A DNA stretch of 64,000 bases, taken from Podarcis cretensis. Lineage: Eukaryota. Of this stretch, positions 37,007 through 48,770 are shown in pieces. Location: contig OX638157.1 in NCBI GenBank assembly GCA_951804945.1, positions 31,372,001-31,436,000 on the forward strand, read 5' to 3'. Below the pieces are notes generated by a model. The model searched no databases. It was not told the DNA's origin and was given only the letters and a program-made list of their open reading frames with translations. Position 1 is the stretch's first letter, and each line of letters starts with the position of its first letter. A program made the translations under genes and the position numbers.

Positions 37007-39758
37007 TTGTATACACAGAGGACTGGGATTGTGCGTACAGTTCACATCCCATATGTCTGTTCATTTAATGTTAGTGTGAAAGGGACCTGCTGTACATGGA
37101 TGAGTTTTACACACATTGACCCATGCATTTGTAGCCTGTCTTCACAAATGATGTAAAAGGAATGGGCACCGGGGGCATGATGAGAAGGGAATATGGGCAT
37201 CCTCACAATTTTCAGTAGCCTTAACAAATACAGTTCCCAGGATTCTTTGGGGGAAGCAGTGGCTGTTTAAAGTGCTATGATGGTGCTTTAAATGTCTGGC
37301 ACAGATGGGGCCTCAAACTGAAAGCAGGAGAAGACCACAATAAATACACATTGAGAAATTCCTCCCACCCACCCACCACTACACATTCCTATGGAACTTC
37401 ATGGCTTGCTACAATTAGTAACAGGAGGTTTGGTGTTCTGGTAATGAAATAAAAATTTCCTCTTTTAAAATTAAGGATGCTGTTATGTACTAAGCTAGGA
37501 TCCTAGAATATTTCAGATGCACACAGATGGCTTTTTAACCAAGCATTTTACTGTACATCTGCACCTTGTTAATTCTTTTTCACATTTCACAGGATGATAT
37601 AGATTACCAAGCTACCCTGGTTTGGTCATCTGTGTGGACTCAACCAGTTTATCTAGTAGTTACATGCACACTGGGGTGGTTTCCAGTTAGTAAATGGTTA
37701 TCTCTAGCCCCTTTCATCATCATTAACTGCATTAGTAATAAATTATAACAGTATAGACTTGGCCCATTTGCAAGGGGAGATCATCATTCCATATTTGGGA
37801 GAATATCAAGTTATGAGTGATAAAGCCATGAGCTACTTCCAGGCAGCAGCCCCAGCAGTGCATGTGAGTCTCTCCCCCCCCCCCCGCCCTCACATGCCCT
37901 CCTTATTAAAGTGGGGCAGTGCTTGTAGTTGATCTCAGTTTGATCAGTTAATACATTGACCTTATGTTACACCACTATCACTGAGGTCCTCTGATGGAGG
38001 TTTCCTTGTGGTTCTGCACACCCCTGAAATTTGGTTGGCCTCCACTTAGCACGAATGACCCTGCCCTGTGGAACCAGTAGAGGTTCAGCCAGAATCATCC
38101 CTGCCTTCTTGTGTTCAGAAAGGCATTTGAGATGTGAATTTCTATTACCAGGCAACATTTAATTTATGCTTCTACTGATCTTATTTTGGTGTTGCGTTCT
38201 TAGGCATACCACTGTGTTGTCTTTTTTCATCAAAGTGTGGCGTGTAAACATTTAAATAAATAAACAATTCCCTGAATTTTATTTCTCAGAAAAAGAAAGG
38301 TGGGGGGGGGAGAGGTGGCTATTTGACCAATAGCAGCACCAGGCTGAGAGGAATGTGGGTATTTTCACTAAAAACAAAAGCCCTGAAAGGCGATCAGCCC
38401 CCTGTGCACATGTTTAAGGGGGAGGGGTGTCTCATTATGTTCTTGTCACTTTCAATGAATATATTCCTTTGTGCAAGGAATCTAGCCTGAATTAATCCCA
38501 GAGTGATTGTGTTTTCCAAATACTGTGTGTAGATTTAGTAGATTTTTACAGGAAGGTCCACACTTAACAGAGTTTAAATCAAACTCTTATCTTATATCAG
38601 CAGGCAAGCTGTATGACTTCACGGATATTTGCATGTGTAAAAAGCCTCTTGGAATGCAAATAGATGTGTGGGAGAGGACTTGGCTATTTGCATATGCTAT
38701 ACACAAGTGCATATTTTTGTCACGTTTGCATTTTGCCGTTGTGCCTTTTGCTGTTCCTGAGGCATATTGAACTCATCAGACTATATCCCCCTGAATTCCT
38801 AGACTGCATATTGTTCTGTGTATTCCTGCTGCAAAGTCAACACCTGCTTGTTGAAACTGAGAAAATCAGCTGCCTGGTTTCCCAGAGCTGAGATTAACCA
38901 ACATCCTGTTTTTAAACTCCAGTCTCTGTTTTTGTAATGGAGCAACATAAAGATTCTCCAGAATGAATCTGAGATTTGAACCTCTATGCCCCTTGTTCCT
39001 TCTCATTTAAATAGATTGTCCTGTCATATATTTATTGAGGATATAACTATGTACAACAGGCACAAACTGTAACGGATAAAAGGGTGCTTCAGTCTGCTTT
39101 GCTATTACACTAAAATTTAATACCTCTTATAATACCTTCCATAATGGGCACTAAGGAACAGTTTATTGAATTGGTATAATGAAGTGGCAAAATGTTTTCT
39201 AGGCTACAAAACCTCAAGCTGCAAGCATGGGCAGGTGACAAGACAGAATGTTTCCCCATGAAAAATGAAATTCTCAGTGCATAGAGACTACGAGCACCTC
39301 AAAGGCAAGCTAGCCTAGTCTCATAGCCTGCAATTTTTCTACAAGCAATGATGTTTCTTCCTTCAGGGCCCATTCATGAAACATCCTCTTTTCCACAACA
39401 CACACACACAGCCTGAATTGGTATAGTATAGGCCATGATAAGTGTCATCCCATGAGTCCTTTGCGAGTCCAATTTGGACCCAATAGAATGATCTTTGTTA
39501 TAACTTGAATAAAACTTGAGAGTTCCCTGTGAAGATGGATTTGATCATTAAACCACTCTGAGAATTGTAGCTCTGTGAAGGGAACAGTGGTCTCCTAACA
39601 ACTCTCAGCACCCTTAACAAACTACAGTTCCCAGGATGCTTTGGGGGAAGCCATGCCTGTTTGGAGTCAGATGATACTGCTTTAAATGTGTAGTGCAGAT
39701 GCTGTCTAGTTAAAGTCTGCCCTTAATCCATGTATTTTTAAAATATTAAAAAAACCAT

Positions 39759-39793
<35 letters not shown>

Positions 39794-39940
39794 TGTGCTG
39801 ATGAAGTGTGTTTGTGTAACGGTAGCCCTCTTCAGGAATTCTGCACTAGGTTTAGGTCAATATGTGAGCAACAAGAAAACAGTTACCTCTTTCCTCCACC
39901 CATCATTGTTCCAATTGCCTCCATGTATTATAGGAAGAAT

Positions 39941-40297
39941 GGGACGCGGGTAGGTTAAACCACTATGGGTTAAACCACAGAGCCTAGGGCTTGCTGATCA
40001 GAAGGTTGGCGGTTCGAATCCCCGTAACGGGGTGAGCTCCTGTTGCTCGGTCCCTGCGCCTCCCAACCTAGCAGTTTGAAAACACGTCAAAGTGCAAGTA
40101 GATAAATAGGTACCGCTCTGGCGGGAAGGTAAATGGCGCTTCCGTGTGCTGCTCTGGTTCGCCAGAAGCGGCTTAGTCATGCTGGCCACATGACCCGGAA
40201 GCTGTACGCCGGCTCCCTCGGCCAATAAAGCGAGATGAGCACTGCAACCCCAGAGTCGGTCACGACTGGACCTAATGGTCAGGGGTCCCTTTACGTT
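39941..40297 (+). mobile_element. Sauria SINE, full length
   Basis: GGGACGCGGG head, GGTTCGAATCC B box, GTGCAAGTAGATAAATAGGTACC core, BovB-like GAGTCGGTCACGACT 3' segment; 15-bp TSD TATTATAGGAA(G/T)AAT at 39926-39940 and 40298-40312. Confidence 0.95.
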
Positions 40298-40666
40298 TAT
40301 TATAGGAATAATCCATGAAGAGGAGCCTCCTTCACATGTATTTCACAACCATGGAAAACCAGGATTTAAAAATGGGTATGGGAGGCTCCTGGCTTCATAT
40401 ATTGGGGGGAAGCTGTGACTTCCTAATGTTATACCTTTGTGCTTTAAATGTATGGTATGACTATGAGTCTGCACTGAAAATAATCCCATGCCCAACCAGG
40501 GCAGATATCTTAGATGATGTATACAACTAGTCACACCACCAGATTCTTAGATGTATTCAGCTTGGCATTTTCAGTAGCAATGAGACAGAATTAATAACAT
40601 TATGCAAGATACGAGTGACGCCTCATTTGGAATTGTGTCTAGTTCTGGGGTCGATTTTCAAAAATG

Positions 40667-40857
40667 CAGTGGTACCTCAGTTTATGAACTTAATCCATTC
40701 CGGAAGTCCATTCTTAAACCAAAGTCGTTCTTAAAACGAGGCACGCTTTCCCTAATGAGGCCTCCGCCGCCAGTGCCCTTCCACTGTTCGGCTTCCGTTC
40801 ATAGACCGAGATAAAGTTTGCTAACCGGAACACCTACTTCCAGTTTTGAGGAGTTAA
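40667..40857. mobile_element. Truncated Tigger-like MITE (left part only) inside a decayed CR1 fragment
   Basis: Left TIR CAGTGGTACCTC, no right TIR; upstream 40550-40665 resembles CR1 [11 protein letters not shown]. Confidence 0.7.
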
Positions 40858-41105
40858 AAAAATGCAGCTTTTTCACATTGATGGAAATCCTGGTAACATT
40901 ACAAAATTCCTATTACACCTTCTGAAAAAATACTTAGCCAATATTTTGGAACAAGATAGGGATTAGATTTTTGCTCTCTCTGTTATCTCCTGTTTTCGTC
41001 TTGCCATCACTGCTGTAATCTTTTATTGCTCTTTGTCATTTCAATATCTGCTCACTGACTTAAGCTTTTGGAATGCCAAATATAAATATGAGTATTCAAG
41101 GCTGC

Positions 41106-41502
41106 TGTGCTGGTCCCGGGGGAAAGGTACCGTGATCGTAGTCAGAGTTCACGAGAGGCGAGGTCCGAAACAGGGAGCCGGGCGGGGAACAGGAACGCTG
41201 GGAGGTCAGAAGCAGAAGGCTGGGCAGGGAACAGGAGCGCTGGAAGATCAGAAGCAGGAGGCCGGGCAGGGAACAGGAACGCTGGAAGGTCTGGAGGAGG
41301 CTCACCTGTAGCCACTGAGTCCTCAAGCACCTCTGGGGCCAGAAGGGTTTCACCTGGTGCCTGCTCTTGAGGATCTGACACAGATGCAGGCTCCTCAGAA
41401 TCTAGGCCTTGCCCCAGCTCAGCCGGCCCTGGAGGCGGGGACTCCTGTGCAGGCTGGGATTCCTCTGGTTCAGCCTCTGAATCGGAATCCCAGGCCATCA
41501 CA
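41106..41502 (-). mobile_element. Solo LTR (397 bp, Gypsy-like) with 5-bp TSD and internal 42-bp tandem repeat
   Basis: TGTG...CACA termini; GCTGC at 41101-41105 and 41503-41507; three 42-bp units at ~41165-41290. Orientation inferred from the ORF only. Confidence 0.82.
41142..41498 (-). CDS. Putative LTR-encoded acidic Pro/Glu/Ser-rich peptide (~118 aa)
   Basis: ATG 5 nt inside the LTR end: MAWDSDSEAEPEESQPAQESPPP.. followed by three in-frame 14-aa repeats DLPA(F/L)LFPA(R/Q)xxxS. Confidence 0.22.
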   Translation of the reverse strand: MAWDSDSEAEPEESQPAQESPPPGPAELGQGLDSEEPASVSDPQEQAPGETLLAPEVLEDSVATGEPPPDLPAFLFPARPPASDLPALLFPAQPSASDLPAFLFPARLPVSDLASREL

Positions 41503-41887
41503 GCTGCCTTTACAGCTTAGTACAACATGTTCAAGAGAACTTCAAATGACAGGTATTAATACTGAATCCCAAACTGTCAGAAGAATCCAAGATCACACTA
41601 ATTTCCTCCAGCAATGCTTCCATCATTTAAGTAATATGGCAGCTGCTCCCTACCAACTAATCACCCTTCACTGATGGAGGGTGTTAGTTTGGCAGTCCCA
41701 ATGAAGGCTTTGACACTGTTCAAAAGGGATGAGCCTCCTTCTGCTGAGGCTCTAGATAAGTCCCTGAGACACTAAGTAATGTAATTGATAGCATCCTCCT
41801 AGGTATGTTTACTTGGAAGAGAGTTCCAGTTGGGCTTAACCTTTATGTGTGTTTAGGAGTGCAGTCTAAGGAAAGAACAGCAAGCTT

Positions 41888-42123
41888 ACAAAGAAGAGTC
41901 TTGTGATATCTTAAAGCATTTTCCCCCTATCCTTGTGCCTTCCAGATGTTTTGGATTACAGTTCCCATCAACCTTAGGCAGCACAGACAATGATCCAAGA
42001 TGAGGAGAGTTGTAGCCTAAAACATCAGGAGGATAGCAGGTTTGGGAAGGCTGCCCTGAGATTTAACAGATTTATCAAGGTATAAAAATGTGTGGACTAT
42101 AGTCCTTTTCCAACAGATGCATG
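41888..42123. mobile_element. Old Penelope-like terminal relic interrupted by a hAT-type MITE (~41921-42057)
   Basis: GAAGAGTCTTGTGATATCTTAAAG [MITE] TAACAGATTTAT..GTGGACTATAGTCC..CAGATGCATG resembles PLE pLTR sequence. Confidence 0.5.
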
Positions 42124-42134
42124 ATGGGCTATAT

Positions 42135-42256
42135 CAGGCTTCCTCAGCCTCGGCCCCCCAGATGTTTTTGGCCTACAACTCCCATGATCCTTAGCTAGCA
42201 GGACCAGTGGTCAGGGATGATGGGAATATCTGGAGGGCTGAAGTTGAGGAAGCCCG
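42135..42256. mobile_element. hAT MITE with 8-bp TSD
   Basis: TIRs CAGGCTTCCTCA / TGAGGAAGCCCG; GGCTATAT at 42127-42134 and 42257-42264. Confidence 0.88.
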
Positions 42257-42769
42257 GGCTATATATCTAGTTGACAGATGTATGAATAAAGATATAACAT
42301 GGGTCTATAGAGGAAAAAATAATGAACACTTGAGTACAAAAGGCATGAAATGCAAGAGTCTAGGGCTCAAGTTGGTGATTCACATCTGTGATATCCTGTG
42401 CAAAGCTCAGCTGTACACATGGTGATATTTATTATTTTTTTTCAAATTTTTATAACCTGTCCTGCCTCCCCAACATGACCCAGATTGGTTCACAGTAATA
42501 AAAATTACATTAAAACAATATATTGAAGGCAACAGTTAAAACTAGGACTACAAACATGTTATAAAACCACTGGCCAAAACTCTGAATAAAATAAAAAGTC
42601 TTTATGTGTTTCTTGAGTAAAGGAAAAGATGAGGACCATCTGGTTTCCCTTGGGAGGGAGTTCTGCAGCTGGGGTGCCTCCACTAAGAATGTCTTATCTT
42701 AGGCCCCAAGTCTCTGTTTCCATACAATATTGACACCAGTTGAAATCTTCCTAAGGGTCTCTGATCTGT

Positions 42770-43105
42770 ACATCCCATCATAGTTTGAGGTTAGGCTGGT
42801 AGATATGCAGAAGTAGGCTTTTTCTAGAATAGTACCCTGTCTTTGGGACTCTTGGAAATCATGCTATGGATTTTCTCCTCTTTTGTTGAATAAGGAGTTA
42901 TTGTTCTCTTTCAACAATATTTTTAATGGAAATTGAATCATTGTTCTGGCCCTGTGATTTTGCATATCTTATGTTATCTGATGCTACTGTTTTGGATTCA
43001 GTTCATTTGCAATTTATATTTTCTTGGTTTACTTTTTGGTGCTGTATTTTAACTTTGTGAGCCATTTCAAGGGCTGTTTCAGCTGAAAAGAAGTATAAAA
43101 ATAAA
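42770..43105 (+). mobile_element. L2 3' end relic; an oppositely oriented L2 relic lies at ~42425-42710
   Basis: ..GTAGGCTTTTTC..CTTTGGGACTC.., T-rich UTR, TGTGAGCCATTTCAAGGG..GTATAAAAATAAA. Confidence 0.55.
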
Positions 43106-43344
43106 CTACAATTTAACTAGGTGCATACATGTGTGCACATAATTGGGTTTCTCAGAGCTTAGTTAATGACTGGAAGATGACTCCACATATTTCCTCCACT
43201 GAAGCACTGGATTCCAGGTGGTGATTAAAGCTACATGTCTATGGCGTTCGTGCTGTGATGGCTGATTTTCACATGCAGTTCATCCATTGGTGTTACAGCA
43301 ATCAAGGCAGGGCCACTCTTATCACCAGGCAGACTGAGTTGGCA

Positions 43345-43535
43345 GCTGGGATGGGAGACCAGGGTTGAAATCCTTACTTGGCCACTGATTGACCTTGGAC
43401 CAGTCGCTGCCTCTCAGTCTAATTTACCTCACAGGGTTGTTGTGTGGATTGAGGAGGAGGAAAATGTACACCATACTGAGTTCTTTAGAGAAAAAGGTGG
43501 GATATAAATGCAATGAATAAATAATAATATAATAA
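43345..43535 (+). mobile_element. Older Squam3/MIR-like SINE; similar copy at ~61455-61650
   Basis: GGGAGACCAGGGTTGAAATCC..GACCTTGGACCAGTC..CTCTCAG..TACCTCACAGGGTTGTTGTG..GGTGGGATATAAAT(TAA)n. Confidence 0.65.
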
Positions 43536-43739
43536 AGGCCCGTATATTCCAGTGTCCTGTGGCTGAGCAGCTGCATATGGAAACCTACAGGCAGGACCTG
43601 AGTGTAACAGCATTCTCCCCAATTGTGATCTGCAGTAAATGGTGTTCAAAGGTCTGCTGCCTCTGATACTGGAGGTAATATAGCTGTCATGATAGGCAGC
43701 TCCCAAATTCTCCATGGGTTTATCTAATCACCTTTTGAA

Positions 43740-43741
<2 letters not shown>

Positions 43742-43772
<31 letters not shown>
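43742..43772. repeat. (TG)n microsatellite
   Basis: About 15 TG units. Confidence 0.95.
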
Positions 43773-43773
<1 letters not shown>

Positions 43774-45423
43774 AACCTAATTAGTCCAGAGGTGGTGGCC
43801 CAAGAATTGCAGCTCTCTCTCTTTGAAACCGTAGCCTGCAAAGCATGGAAGACGAATTGATCTCTAGAGACACAGTAATGAACACTCTTTTGACATGTTT
43901 CCAGGTATCAGTTTCATTATGTTGTCAAGAGTATTGCTTTAAGACAGCAGAGGGGACACCCCTTATTACTTTGTCTGGTACAAATAGATTTGGAGGTGAA
44001 AATATCAACACAGAATCCCACTTTACCTCTTTTAGGAATGATGCTTTTTAGTTTCTTCAAAACACGCACATCTTATGACAGATTTTGCAAAGCAAATTAC
44101 CTGTTGGAGCAGGCATGCTGTATCAATGATTTCAGTCTTCAGTTGTCAACTCATATTGTGTAAGACAGAACATCTTGCTATTGTCACAATAACTGAGTGG
44201 GATTTGAGTTTCTTATTCTTAATCTTCTGATTTGAGTAGTCGTTTATTTTATATTTGATTGATTGATTGATTGATTTAATGTCCCGCCCATCTCACAATC
44301 AGGACCAAAAGCAACCCAAGATTGAAAGCCCAACTAAATGTGATGATGGGTACATCTCAATATTATTGAAACTTGCTTTAAGATCTGAAGAGAAATATGA
44401 TTATTCAGACTGGAAAGGATTGGAAAGAAGGGGATGCCAATTTTTTCCCTCCCTGTCTCTATCCTGATAACTCCCTGCCCCGCCCCCCAAGCTGCTATTT
44501 TCTTCATGCACATCATTTTGCATGCAGATATATTTTTTAGAATAAGACTGCTGTGCTTTGAGCAATGGTCTCAGCAGTACAGAGGTGGGGTTTCAGTGGT
44601 ACCTTGGACAGCTCCATTCAGCGCTCAGGCTGGAGAATGTATAAGATCAGAATTCAGATGTTGCTTCAGCAGCAATTATCCTCAGAACTGAGTCTTAAAT
44701 GTGAGTTGCAGCTCTTTCTCAGTTATTAGCTCCATCTTCAGTGAGAGGAGTCTCATAATTTAAAGGGTCTCAGCCTGTTTTATCTGTCATTGACTCCGAT
44801 GGAGTGAGGAAACTGTGGTTCCACTAGGGCTTCTGAGCTGGAGTCATCTGAATCAGACGAAGACAATGCAGTTTCCTCAGACCAGGCAATGACACAATGA
44901 GCTCCTCTAGTGCAAGTGCTTCTAATTGAATATATATACGTGGGGCTGGCTCTGAGGGAATTCCCTCTCCCATGTTGAATCCCAAGCTTAATCCTCTGAA
45001 GGGGAAGACTATAATTAGGGCAAATAGCAGCTTTGGGAGGGAGGAATTTTCCCTGAGAAAAAAGCACAGTGTGAAAGAGTTAACCTCCTCCTTCTTATGA
45101 TCCTGTTGTGGATCTTCCCTCTCCCCTGACCTGATTGCTATTTGCAAACATTTAAAACAGGGGTGGCTAAACCTAGTTCAAAGGCCTAATCAGGCCATGC
45201 AAGATCCCACCAATTTTGGCAGTGACTGTAGAAAAGAAAACAAAGTAGGCACAGTGCTGGGGGCGGGCAGAGCCTGGAGCCCTGATGGAGAAGCAAATCA
45301 TGCCCTCTCAACTCATCAGTCGGATCATTTGATGAGCGGAAGGGAGCAATAGCCTTTCTCCTCAGCTGATCTGCATGAGTCAGCTGAGGAAGGCGGGGTC
45401 TGTGCCTGTGTGGTTTGTGTGTA

Positions 45424-45665
45424 CAGTGGTACCTCAGGTTAAGTACTTAATTCGTTCCGGAGGTCTGTTCTTAACCTGAAACTGTTCTTAACCTGAAGCA
45501 CCACTTTAGCTAATGGGGCCTCCTGCTGCTGCCGTGCTGCCGGAGCACGATTTCTGTTCTCATCCTGAAGCAAAGGTCTTAACGTGAGGTACTATTTCTG
45601 GGTTAGCAGAGTCTATAACCTGACGCGTATGTAACCTGAAGTGTATGTAACCCGAGGTACCACTG
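45424..45665. mobile_element. Tc1/mariner (Tigger-like) MITE, 242 bp
   Basis: TIRs CAGTGGTACCTC..GAGGTACCACTG with TA TSD; same family as 16824-17065. Confidence 0.92.
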
Positions 45666-48100
45666 TACATGTGTAGGTGAGGGACTGTGAAAAAGGGTGT
45701 GTTGACCATACCCACTGGCAGCATGTGGCCACTGTAGGGTTGGCCAAAGATTAATGCAGCCATCGGGTCCCTGATTTAAAGGGAGCAGAGATGCATTTAC
45801 TCATCTCCACTTTCATGCTTAGTTTGGCCCCGAAAGAACTGCCAGTATTATTTAAATAAGGAAAACAAAACAAGAGATTTAATTAATGAACTAATCATTG
45901 TTGTGGAAGTGGTGGTGGATTAGTCACCAAAGGAAATAAAATAAAGTAAACGTAGATACCAGGGGGGCTCCTGAATATGTCAAATTGTCTTTGCATCTTT
46001 AGAAAAGGATTTTAATTCAAGCTCTGCAGTATTGTTCATTAACTGTGAAACTGTGACGCTCTTCAGTCTGTCAGTTTACATTGTTAATAATTAGTTTTTC
46101 AGCACAGCCCATTTTTTTCTAATTTATTTTATGTCAAACTTTCTTTCTTCATTATTGTCAGGTAGCATGAAATAACTAGTGGCTGTCTTTAAAGAGCTTT
46201 AGAATCTTCTTGGTCTTTACCTTTAATCCCTGAGCTAACATAAAATCTGTCCTGCCTTCTTCATCTTCTTCTTCTCTTCCTCCACCACCTCCTCCTCCTC
46301 CTCCTTCTCCCCAGCACAGAGAAGATCAAGGGAACTTATGCATGATAGATATTTGTGTGCCTGCTGGATTTCACTGAACAAAATAGAAAGAAAGAAAAGA
46401 ATGAATTTCTCTTTCACAGTATTGAATGTTATTAGTTAAGCTAGTTTTGACTTACTGAGTCTTCAGATGTTACCAGTCATCCAAACCTCAGAATCAATTC
46501 TTTACTAAAATGGATTTGACAAATTCATGGAGGGCAGCTCTATCAATGGTGATTCTGCTCCCCATCTTCAGAAAATCAGTAGTTGTGGGAAGACGGCAGA
46601 GGGAATCTATTTCCTCTGTGCCCTGACATGAGCTTTCTGAATGCATCAAATATCTCCCATTTTTCCTCTTCCAAATTATCTTCTGCCCATCATACTTTGA
46701 AGTATATGAAAAGCTGTCCTAATTCATACGTCAAAAAAAGGAAAGGAAAAATGCATAGATATAAACCAAAAGAAATCTATTGAACTGTCCCGAGTTACTT
46801 TTGTGCTAAGCACATTTACTTAGCTGCAATCCTCACCATTTTCAAATGTACTTAAGTTCAATAAGTGTGCTTATTACTTACAGAGAAAAGAGCATATTTT
46901 AGTTTCGTACACAACTTTTCACTTCCTTCATCAAATGATTATTTAATTATTTAAACATCATTCCCAGGTAATCAGAATTGTCTCATCTCTTGAAAGGAAT
47001 AATTTTTAAATGGTTTGCGCATTTTGCTCATACTTCTTCATTGAGGACCAAAATGCACCAAAAACAGGGACATAAAATTGTTCCTCCATTTATTTAAGGA
47101 TATCAGAAAGGGCTGCTCATTTTCAGTCACTATTTAGCTTTAAAAAGTCTTCCTAGCACACTAAACCCATTGGGGATGTTGTTAGGCTGGTAATCTGAAA
47201 AATGAGCTCTTTCACCTCAGTTTTGGCTCCTTTTCTGAAAGAGATGATTGTTTGTTCTTTTTATTTTGAGTATCAAGCACCCTGCATATTTATATAATCA
47301 GCACATTTGTTTTATGCTTTAGCCACACACACACACACACACACACATAACATGAGCACCTTATCTATTCATCTTTAGAAGCTTGAACTGCTTTTGTTAA
47401 AATATATATTTGATTTCCAGATTTCCATCTGCTTCTTCTACTGAAAGGAACAGTGCACAGTGTTCCAAACAGTGGAAAACACATTTAACAAGGCTGCAAA
47501 TTACAACACACTGGGATTTATTAAGTAAATTGTATAGAAAAGGGAAAGGAAAAGCATTCAGTTTAGAGTTGTGCATAAGCCCACACACCAAAATTGAAAG
47601 AGTGGGTGGGGGTTTAGTGGGGGGATGTAAGGATTTTTTGATTTATTTGTTAAATTAAATAGGTCAGTTATGAACTAAAATTAGACCATTTCATTTCTGC
47701 TTAAATAGGCATGTGAGAGCAGTAGGAGAGTTTAACACTGTATCCATGAGAGGTTCTCATCCCACAGGGTTACAGATTATGCAGGCTCCCCTCCCCTTTT
47801 CTCCATGTCTTCCAGAAGATGCTGTCTTCCTATTCTTAGACTGGCAAAATTCCAGTGTATGTGTTTGGCTCTGAAACAGAAACAAATGCACAGAAGGGGA
47901 GGAAAAACATATTCTTTGGTATGGATTACAAATGACAAGATTCTCAATGAAAAACAGCATGTCAGCTCAAGGAATTTAGCCTCTTATTGTTTCTGGGAAG
48001 AAAGTCCACAGACTTCAAAATGTCTGTCCCCCCGCCCCGAAATATTCGAGTAGGATTGCTATGGAGAAAGAGATACTCTTGGAGGTGGCTAAAACTTTAA

Positions 48101-48445
48101 AAAGGTAAAGGTAAAGGTACCCCTGCCCGTACGGGCCAGTCTTGACAGACTCTAGGGTTGTGCGCTCATCTCACTCTATAGGCCGGGAGCCAGCGCTGTC
48201 CACAGACACTTCCGGGTCACGTGGCCAGCGTGACAAGCTGCATCTGGCGAGCCAGCGCAGCACACAGAACCTTCCCGCTGGTAAGCGGTCCCTATTTATC
48301 TACTTGCACCCGGGGGTGCTTTCGAACTGCTAGGTTGGCAGGCGCTTGGACCGAATGATGGGAGCGCACCCCGCCGTGGGGATTCGAACTGCTGACCATG
48401 CAATTGGCAAGTCCTAGGCGCTGAGGTTTTACCCACAGCACCAAG
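48101..48445 (-). mobile_element. Sauria SINE (same subfamily as the 30178 copy), small internal deletion
   Basis: AAAGGTAAAGGTAAAGGTACCCCTGCCCGTACGGGCCAGTCTTGACAGAC.. colinear with 30178-30543. Confidence 0.92.
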
Positions 48446-48552
48446 GTCCAAATACCACCCACCCCAACCCCGCACCCCAAATAAAAACAGCATTTTGGCA
48501 ATACATGATGCTAAAGAGGATCTGCCTAGGACCAAACAAATGCCTGACTTTC

Positions 48553-48770
48553 ACCAGCTGGGAAATGTGCAAAGGAGAGTGACCAGGATGATAAATGATG
48601 TGGAAACCAAGCCTTATGAGAAATTTTTGAGGGAGCTAGATATGTTTAGCCTGGAGAAATGGAGACTGAGAGGAGATATGATAGCCATCTTCAGCAGGGC
48701 TCTCACATGGAAGATGATGAAGCAAGATTCTGCTCCACAAAGGGGAGCAGAACTAACAATTTAAATTCAA
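48553..48770 (+). mobile_element. Degenerate CR1 RT C-terminal fragment
   Basis: [45 protein letters not shown] aligns with CR1 [45 protein letters not shown]. Confidence 0.88.

Noticed and set aside
41165-41290. Regularly spaced repeats as a CRISPR-like array
   Set aside because: Contiguous tandem units without unique spacers, inside a eukaryotic LTR.
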